From contig JBHLPL010000008.1 of NCBI GenBank assembly GCA_048939465.1, positions 454 through 32,453 on the forward strand: a DNA stretch of 32,000 bases, read 5' to 3'. Origin of the DNA: Promethearchaeota archaeon (GTDB lineage: Archaea > Asgardarchaeota > Odinarchaeia > Odinarchaeales > JBHLKK01). Position 1 is the first letter of the stretch; each line of letters starts with the position of its first letter. Of the stretch, positions 25,695-32,000 are shown one piece after another. Made by a program: the position numbers and the translations under genes. The notes under the pieces were generated by a model that was not told the origin of the DNA, did no database searches, and saw only the letters and a list, made by a program, of their open reading frames with translations.

Positions 25695-26618
25695 TTGAAA
25701 ATCCTCGAATCCACGGCAGAAAAAATCAAGAACCTAAAGATACAAGGAGCAACGAACGTTGCAGTAGCTGCTCTTGAGGCTTTAACGTCATATATCAAAG
25801 AGGCTGAAATATCAGGCAAGGAAGATCTACTGAAACGTCTGGATTACGCAAAGAGGATACTATTCTCTACCCGCACAACGGAGCCCGCCATGCGCAACGG
25901 TATCCGCTCCGTGATATATCAGGTGGAGCTTTCACAAAAGACAGACCTAGGGGAGCTAGTAGGGTTGGCCTGTGAGAAGGCAAAAGAATTCATTGCAGAT
26001 CTGAAGAAAGCCAGGCAGAGAATTGCAGAGATTGGAGCAAAGCGAATTACTGATGATATGGATGTAATGACTCACTGCCACAGTTCGGCAGTAAGTTCTA
26101 TTCTTAGAGAAGCCTGGAGCCAAGGAAAGAAGTTCAGAGTCGTGTGTACAGAAACAAGACCCCTTTTTCAAGGAAGAATCACATCCAAGGAACTGACTGA
26201 AGCAGGAATACCTACAACTATGGTTGTGGATTCAGCCATGCGATGGGTAATAAAAACCAAGGAGATAGACTTTGTCATCGTCGGAGCCGATGCAATAACC
26301 TCTGAAGGGGTTATCATAAACAAAGTCGGAACGAGACTCCTAGCGCTTGCTGCCAAGGAATTTGATGTTCCTTTCTACGCTGCAACCCCTCTTGTGAAGT
26401 TCTCTCCAGAAACTGTGGCAGGAAAACTCGAAGAAATTGAAATGCGCGGCTCAGATGAGCTGTGGAACAGTCCCCCTCCGGGCCTCAACATCGAGAATCC
26501 AGCCTTCGAGACGGTTGCAAGAGAGTACATAGACGGATTTATCACGGAAGAGGGCATCTTTCCCCCTTCTTATATTATTGCTGTCGTTTCAAAAAAGTAC
26601 CCATTCATGCTTGAATAA
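25695..26618 (+). CDS. e2b2: Ribose-1,5-bisphosphate isomerase (eIF2B-like)
   Basis: IKNLKIQGA..VA, TRTTEPAMRN, MTHCHSS, ETRP.FQG, GADAI, NKVGT; adjacent to AMP phosphorylase. Confidence 0.9.
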   Translation: MKILESTAEKIKNLKIQGATNVAVAALEALTSYIKEAEISGKEDLLKRLDYAKRILFSTRTTEPAMRNGIRSVIYQVELSQKTDLGELVGLACEKAKEFIADLKKARQRIAEIGAKRITDDMDVMTHCHSSAVSSILREAWSQGKKFRVVCTETRPLFQGRITSKELTEAGIPTTMVVDSAMRWVIKTKEIDFVIVGADAITSEGVIINKVGTRLLALAAKEFDVPFYAATPLVKFSPETVAGKLEEIEMRGSDELWNSPPPGLNIENPAFETVAREYIDGFITEEGIFPPSYIIAVVSKKYPFMLE

Positions 26619-26641
26619 TCATCTTATTGGGAGGTGTCTCT

Positions 26642-28159
26642 ATGCCTAGATTCGCCACAAGAATCCTGGACATGGAGCTTGACGAAAAGGTAGTACTTAA
26701 CAGAAAAGATGCAAAGAAACTCAAGGTAGATAGTGAATCCCGTCTTTTTCTCAAATCAAAGAAAAGCGGCACTCTAAAGGAGATAATCCTCACAGATAGC
26801 CTGGTTCAACCGGGTCAAATAGGACTGACGCCACAGATCCAAGCGACGCTAGCGGCAAAAGAAAACGAAAATATTGATGTCTCTGCAAAAGATGAACCTA
26901 AGTCTTCCCCCTATCTCTCACGAATGCTCGAAGGAGAGAAACTGACACGAGACGAGATTTTCGCCATCGTTCATGATATCGTATCAAAGAATCTTTCAAA
27001 AGTAGAGATGTCAGCTTTTATACTCGCCCAATACTTCCGGGATATAACCATGGATGAAGTTGAGGCTCTAACTCGAGCAACTGCGGAAACAGGTCACGTA
27101 ATTGATTTTGAAGAGCCAGTCTACGATAAACATAGCATTGGAGGGGTTCCTGGGAACAAGGTTTCATTGCTCATCGTTCCGATTGTGGCTGCTGCGGGCT
27201 TACCAATACCTAAGACAAGCAGCCGGGCAATCACATCCCCTGCAGGCACAGCAGATACTTTTGAGGTCTTGGCCCCAGTCGAGTTCTCCGCGGATGAGCT
27301 GAAAAGACTGGTAAAGAAAGTCAGAGGGGCACTGGTCTGGGGGGGTACTCTGAATATCGCCCCGGCAGATGATATTCTTATTGATGAAGTTGAACACCCG
27401 CTGAAAATAGATCCTGTTTCACAGATGCTTTCATCCATTATGTCGAAGAAGCTTGCAGTGGGAATTGATGCATTAGTCCTTGACATTCCTATAGGAATGG
27501 GCACTAAAGTGCCAAACAAAGACATAGCGACAGACCTTTCACGGAAATTCGTTGAATTGGGAACTAGACTAAACATTAGAGTTGAGATAGGGATAACCTA
27601 TGGAGATCAACCCGTAGGTCATGCAATCGGACCCGCACTGGAAGCAAAGGAAGCCTTAGAATCACTTATGGGGGGCAAGAAATCAACCTCTCTTGTGGAG
27701 AAATCCACATCACTTGCTGGTATATTGCTTGAGATGTCAGGGAAAACAGCCAGAGGTCTAGGACATGTCCTTGCCAAGGAGATACTAAACAGTGGAAAAG
27801 CCTTGCAGAAAATGAAAGAGATCATTGATGCTCAAGGAGGGAATCCCAATATCAAACCTGAAGATATACAATTGGGAGATCACCGTGTTGATATCCCAGC
27901 CCCCGCCGCAGGATACATAGTTGAAGTCGACAATCTCGACATCAACAAGATAGCCAGAGCAGCCGGTGCCCCCGATCACAAAGGGGCAGGATTGCACATC
28001 TATAAGAAGAGAGGGGGGCACGTAAAGCGAGGTGAACCGTTAATAACGATATACTCAGAAACCGCATCGAAGTTAAGAGAGGCACAGAGCCTGGTGGTGA
28101 AGCTTAAACCAATCACAATTGAAGGTATGCTCCTCAAACGCGTCTCCGCATACTATTAG
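26642..28159 (+). CDS. deoA: AMP phosphorylase (NMP phosphorylase)
   Basis: DKHSIGGVPGNK, KTSSRAITSPAGTAD, SIMSKK.A.G, QPVG.AIGPALEA, ARAAGAP..KGAG, plus the N-terminal extension typical of AMPpase. Confidence 0.95.
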   Translation: MPRFATRILDMELDEKVVLNRKDAKKLKVDSESRLFLKSKKSGTLKEIILTDSLVQPGQIGLTPQIQATLAAKENENIDVSAKDEPKSSPYLSRMLEGEKLTRDEIFAIVHDIVSKNLSKVEMSAFILAQYFRDITMDEVEALTRATAETGHVIDFEEPVYDKHSIGGVPGNKVSLLIVPIVAAAGLPIPKTSSRAITSPAGTADTFEVLAPVEFSADELKRLVKKVRGALVWGGTLNIAPADDILIDEVEHPLKIDPVSQMLSSIMSKKLAVGIDALVLDIPIGMGTKVPNKDIATDLSRKFVELGTRLNIRVEIGITYGDQPVGHAIGPALEAKEALESLMGGKKSTSLVEKSTSLAGILLEMSGKTARGLGHVLAKEILNSGKALQKMKEIIDAQGGNPNIKPEDIQLGDHRVDIPAPAAGYIVEVDNLDINKIARAAGAPDHKGAGLHIYKKRGGHVKRGEPLITIYSETASKLREAQSLVVKLKPITIEGMLLKRVSAYY

Positions 28160-28283
28160 GCTTCGCAATACTTTTTCCGCATCCCTTTTAAATTTCTGCA
28201 CAACCTAAATATTGCCAAAGACTATTATCGTTCTGGTCAGATCAAACTCAGTGTTGCTGATTGAGAGCTGAGGAGGAAATCTT

Positions 28284-29507
28284 TTGAAAATACTCATCTA
28301 TGAGCATCTGTCTGGTGGTGGTCTCGCAGCAGAGGAAGCGGCAGTTTCGCAGCTTAGCGAAGGATTTGCGCTGCTAAGTACTCTGGCAGAGGACTTTCAG
28401 AAACTGAAGCAGGATGTGTATGCCACTCTTGACTATAGAATCGCAAATTATACACCTCCTATAGAGGCGAAGATTGCGACTATCCTCAGACCCCAAAACG
28501 ATTTCTTGGAAGTCTTCAAATTCAATTTAGCCGAGGTAGAGGGTGTCGTTATAGCCGCCCCCGAGTCAAGAAGCTGTCTCTTGAACCTTACCAAAGCTGC
28601 CGAAGAAAGCGACAAGGTCATATTTGGATCATCATCAGAGGCAATTCGATTAACGTCTGATAAGAGAAAGACCTTCAAAGTCGCCTCAGACCTAAACTTG
28701 CCCGTACCGGAAGCTAAATTCGTATCCTCCTCTCTCGAAATCGGAGAGATAGGCGCAATAGCGGAAGAAACAGGATTTCCGTTAATCTTCAAGCCCCTAG
28801 ACGGAGCCGACTGCAGGGGAATTACTATTGTAAGGGATAAATCGCGTATACCGTCCGCAATTGATAATTTGAAACGAGAATCCACACTTGAGGACTTCAT
28901 GATCTACCCTTATGTTAAGGGAACAGCAGCAAGCGTAAGCCTGATAGTTAATGAAGACGGGGCCTTTCCAGTAGGCCTCAGCGCTCAAGAGCTCTCCCTA
29001 TCTGCTGAAGGAAGCCTAAAATGTGAAAGCGGATATGTTCCACTAAAACACTCGCTGAAGGAAGAAGCGCTAGAACATGCCAAGCAGATGGCTCAAGAGG
29101 TCAAGGGCCTTGGAGGCTTAGTAGATATTGATTTCGTGTTAAGTGAACGTAAGGAACCCATCTTCATGGAGATCAATGCGAGAATTACAAAGAGCTATCT
29201 TGGAATTAGAAGGGCAGTGGCTGGAAACTTGGCCGAAATGATATTTGATGCGGTAGTCAGCCGAAAACTTCCTGAGGAAGTGTCTTTGTTGAACACGGCA
29301 TTCTTTTCAAAAATCCCCTTGAGAATAACAAAAATGTCTATTGCCCGTGTTAAAGGTTTGGCAGTCTTGCCTGGCATAGTGGGACCACCTTTCCCGTTTA
29401 AGGGAAATCCGACAACAGCCGTCGTTGTTTCGGAAGGAGAAGACCTCACCGAAGCGAAAGAAAAGCTTGATTTCAGAAAGAAAGCACTGCAAGAGATGTC
29501 TGACTAG
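28284..29507 (+). CDS. ATP-grasp ligase, MfnD (tyramine-glutamate ligase)-like
   Basis: MKILIYEH.SGGG start, IAAPES, DK.KT, KP.DGA.C.G, G.AASVSL, EINAR.T.SY.G. Confidence 0.7.
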   Translation: MKILIYEHLSGGGLAAEEAAVSQLSEGFALLSTLAEDFQKLKQDVYATLDYRIANYTPPIEAKIATILRPQNDFLEVFKFNLAEVEGVVIAAPESRSCLLNLTKAAEESDKVIFGSSSEAIRLTSDKRKTFKVASDLNLPVPEAKFVSSSLEIGEIGAIAEETGFPLIFKPLDGADCRGITIVRDKSRIPSAIDNLKRESTLEDFMIYPYVKGTAASVSLIVNEDGAFPVGLSAQELSLSAEGSLKCESGYVPLKHSLKEEALEHAKQMAQEVKGLGGLVDIDFVLSERKEPIFMEINARITKSYLGIRRAVAGNLAEMIFDAVVSRKLPEEVSLLNTAFFSKIPLRITKMSIARVKGLAVLPGIVGPPFPFKGNPTTAVVVSEGEDLTEAKEKLDFRKKALQEMSD

Positions 29508-29611
29508 AATTGTGGACCACACATCTATTGACATCATATGTGATTTTTTCAGGATTTTGAATCCCGGTTTTTCGTGTAGACGTTCTTACCAAAAATAGAG
29601 ATAAAGACAGC

Positions 29612-29643
29612 GGAAAGGGTTTTGGCGGAGTCAGAACCCTTCC
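29612..29643 (-). terminator. Hairpin between convergent genes
   Basis: GGAAAGGGTTTTGG-CGGA-GTCAGAACCCTTCC immediately after the stop at 29647; T-rich tract follows on the minus strand. Confidence 0.45.
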
Positions 29644-29646
29644 TAC

Positions 29647-30753
29647 CTATCCAGGGACTTTTTCCCATTCTTTGATCGTTTCTTGAAGTTCTTTTCTGAG
29701 GTTGGAGTCGAGTTTTTGAGTAGGTGGTCTGTTGACTAGTCGGCGATGGAATGTTCCCATTTCAAAGAGGGCTGGGTGAAATCTGTTCGTTTCTTCGAGC
29801 TGTTTGCGAACGGTGTCAATTGCTTTGGCTATCTCACCAGCAGGTGCATCTTCTTCGACTTTCTTGCTGCATTCTGCTAGCGCTGTGGGATAATCCAGAG
29901 TTTTTGTAGCCACCGGTTCCTCTAATCTGGGAGCTGGGGTTGCCTTAACACCGGCAAGACTCTGGATGCTTGTTTGTATTCCTGCGACATTTTGGGTCAC
30001 CGCCGTCAGGTCGCTTTTCATATCTGTTACTTCATCACGCAGAGCTGTGAGGCTTTCAATGGCAGAAGAGACTCTGTCAAAACTCTCTCTCAGTGTGGAT
30101 ATTATCTCTCCCATGCCGCTAAGCTCATTTGCGGATGATTTCAAATCCGAAATGTCTAATCGTTCCAGCTTTTCTTCAAGACTTGCTATTCTATTGATCA
30201 GCTCACCGGAAGTTTCCAGTCCTTCTCCTTTCGGTAGAGACGACAAGGATTTAACCCCCTCCTCTATGCCCCTAATTCTCTCTTCGAGCGCAGATATCTT
30301 CTCGATTTCTTCGGGTATCTCCTTGAATCTCTCCAGTGATTCTATTAGGTTCTTGATCTCACCTGTACCCGTTCCTCCGGCTTTTGATTCTGCAAGAAGA
30401 GTCTTAATATCAGATATGATCGGGAATAGGTCTTTTACGACCTGAATACCTTCTTTTATTTCTCCGACAGAAGCCGCCAGTTTCTCGTAACTAGCCCCAA
30501 CGTCCTTAACGGATTCCGGAACTATTTCTGTCTCGCTGATTCTTTTTAGCTGTCCTGCTATATCCTCTAGAACTGGCATGATTCCGCCTAGATCCGGGGA
30601 GGAAGCTACATCACCGCCTCCGCTTAATCCGATCTTTTCTGCTAGCTCGTCTATGGTGCTTTTTAGGCTGCCAACTTGCCGGATTATATAACGTCGTCCT
30701 TCGACAACCTCTTCGAGTTTCTTGTTAATATCTTCCAGGACATTCTGTCCCAT
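29647..30753 (-). CDS. Long coiled-coil protein with C-terminal four-helix domain
   Basis: Start at MGQNV (30753) has GGAGG 7 nt upstream and a TTATATAA box further upstream. The ORF-track extension to 30993 looks non-coding. Confidence 0.75.
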   Translation of the reverse strand: MGQNVLEDINKKLEEVVEGRRYIIRQVGSLKSTIDELAEKIGLSGGGDVASSPDLGGIMPVLEDIAGQLKRISETEIVPESVKDVGASYEKLAASVGEIKEGIQVVKDLFPIISDIKTLLAESKAGGTGTGEIKNLIESLERFKEIPEEIEKISALEERIRGIEEGVKSLSSLPKGEGLETSGELINRIASLEEKLERLDISDLKSSANELSGMGEIISTLRESFDRVSSAIESLTALRDEVTDMKSDLTAVTQNVAGIQTSIQSLAGVKATPAPRLEEPVATKTLDYPTALAECSKKVEEDAPAGEIAKAIDTVRKQLEETNRFHPALFEMGTFHRRLVNRPPTQKLDSNLRKELQETIKEWEKVPG

Positions 30754-31065
30754 TCTTAGACCTCCAAGAGCATAAGATGCTCTTATATAATTCTTTACTA
30801 AATACACATTTAACTTTGTCGGAGTGACTCGGGTAAAGCAAAAGTGTAGAAAATGGACTTGAAGCACTGATATTACGATGTGAGCCATGTATTCTTCGCA
30901 GTTTAAGGTGCAGAAACCGTTCTTACTCAGACTCTCGGAACAAGCTCGATCCAGGCAAAAGATCGACTGCGACTCTTCCCGCATTCTGAACAAGATATAG
31001 TTTTAAGGAATAAACGAGTAATTTTGATTAGTGATGTGTGTTGAAATCATTCAGGAGAGACTGAG

Positions 31066-31545
31066 ATGGCCGGAAGAACGATTGGTGCTCTCTTTTTGTG
31101 TCTTGTGATTACTTGGTTAATAACTTACTTCGTTGCTCTAGGAAACACCTTGGGCGATCTTCAGGCGATCCTAGGTCAGCAGCAAGAGATACTCAATACT
31201 TTGCTGGAGATAACGATAGCTCATTTCTGGATATATCCTTCCCTGCTCTTGGGAGCGTACGGGATGCTTATTGCGCTGATTGCTGGCGGTCTTATTGGAG
31301 GTCTCATAACTCGCAACCCTAGGCGTGCTGTACTGATGGCGGTGGCGTATCTTATAATCGTATTTCTTGTATGCGAAACAATTCTGGTTGTTGACGGGAT
31401 CGAGCTAACGTCTGCACTCTCTTATCTGATTCAAATCATCGGGACGAACACGCTTGAGATTGCCCTGGGTCTGGTGATTATGTCAGCAGCCGTTATTCTG
31501 CCAGCGGTCATCGGAGCGACTCTGACGCAGCCTCCTGCCGTCTAA
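31066..31545 (+). CDS. Integral membrane protein (about 4 TM)
   Basis: 159 aa, hydrophobic segments, GGAG upstream. Confidence 0.7.
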   Translation: MAGRTIGALFLCLVITWLITYFVALGNTLGDLQAILGQQQEILNTLLEITIAHFWIYPSLLLGAYGMLIALIAGGLIGGLITRNPRRAVLMAVAYLIIVFLVCETILVVDGIELTSALSYLIQIIGTNTLEIALGLVIMSAAVILPAVIGATLTQPPAV

Positions 31546-31597
31546 AGCACATCTCAAGTAGTGGGTTTCCTTGAGGGAGCTTGGTGAGGGTGAGACA

Positions 31598-31885
31598 ATG
31601 TCTAAAAGATATTCGGTCGAACAGATTTCCATAGAGAAACGAGACGCTTTATTCAAGAAGTATGAAGAGCGTTTTCTATACGAGAAGAAGGCTAACATAT
31701 ACGGAATCTGCGTTAAACTAATCACTGAGGATATTTTTGTAAAAGATATGTGGGAGGAGAATTTCTTTACGATGTCCGAGAACATCCGGTCTCATGGACG
31801 TCTCCTGGTCATAAATGACGAGAAGGAACCTCTCCGAGTTTTGTACGACCGGCAATCCAGAACCGTCATCCTCTTGAATTTTTAA
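31598..31885 (+). pseudogene. N-terminal fragment of the archaeal HPr-kinase-like P-loop protein family
   Basis: RYSVEQIS..LYE.KANIYG.CVKL.T..WEENFF.MSENIRSHGRL..YD....V.L.NF, then a stop. In the family as I recall it, the sequence continues DYYGW.KS and on to a Walker A; neither is present. Confidence 0.55.
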
Positions 31886-31911
31886 AAGAAAGCAAGGTTT
31901 AAAGATAAAAG

Positions 31912-32000
31912 TGCCGGTGGAGGGGTTTGAGCCCTCGACCTCCAGATTATGAGTCCAGCTGCATCCTGTCTGACCCATTCTTAGACGGATGATGTGTCTG
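31912..32000 (-). tRNA. tRNA-Met (CAT), elongator type, with a 43-nt intron at 32/33; 5' exon runs off the window
   Basis: Minus strand: CAGAC | ACATCATCCGTCTAAGAATGGGTCAGACAGGATGCAGCTGGAC | TCATAATCTGG AGGTC GAGGG CTCAAAC CCCTC CACCGGC A. Exon 2 is 31912-31952 and the intron is 31953-31995. Confidence 0.8.

Noticed and set aside
720-29449. Numerous 60-180 aa antisense ORFs in the track (e.g. 993..1433, 14343..14897, 27121..27576, 28448..28900, 29195..29449)
   Set aside because: Fully nested opposite well-supported genes, with Ser/Ile-rich antisense composition and no motifs.
30862-30882. AAACCGTTCTTACTCAG as a target of the E1 guide AAACCGGTTGTTCTTACTAG
   Set aside because: Requires a 3-nt gap in the seed and lacks a TTYAT-like TAM; compatible with chance.
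30754-30993. 80-aa N-terminal extension of the 448-aa ORF in the track
   Set aside because: Cys/Phe-rich non-coding-like sequence that contains the TATA box and SD for the ATG at 30753.
31912-31955. tRNA 3' fragment as the att site of an integrated element
   Set aside because: The upstream 43 nt form an intron-like hairpin with BHB geometry and the window ends in the matching anticodon-stem bases. Kept only as a fallback if the 5' exon is missing.

Overview
Archaeal chromosomal window, most likely from an Asgard archaeon: it encodes a longin domain, an ARPC4-like domain and a TRAFAC small-GTPase-like protein. Most genes are housekeeping or metabolic: thermosome, rpoK, pyrE, Sec11 signal peptidase, Ard1, core MetE, Phi, the R15P isomerase + AMP phosphorylase pair, FabG, an MfnD-like ligase and an intron-containing tRNA-Met. 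The main structure these genes do not explain is a family of seven intergenic, co-oriented non-coding elements with IS200/IS605-type ends. Five are left end + TATA box + structured RNA + right end ending TTCAC, in two RNA size classes (about 220 bp and about 350 bp); two are collapsed 45-47 bp single-hairpin forms. No tnpA or tnpB is present. The best reading is stand-alone, self-promoted omegaRNA-like guide cassettes plus REP-like minimal derivatives. Other notable items are a V4R-like sensor/ARPC4-like/Zn-ribbon fusion, an Ard1 acetyltransferase with an inserted winged-helix domain, a Pro-rich protein with a WH2/MIM-like tail, an Rpo6 with a Lys-rich tail overlapping the thermosome gene, and a tRNA-Met intron at the non-canonical position 32/33. 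All family assignments come from motif recognition by eye; no database search was run.
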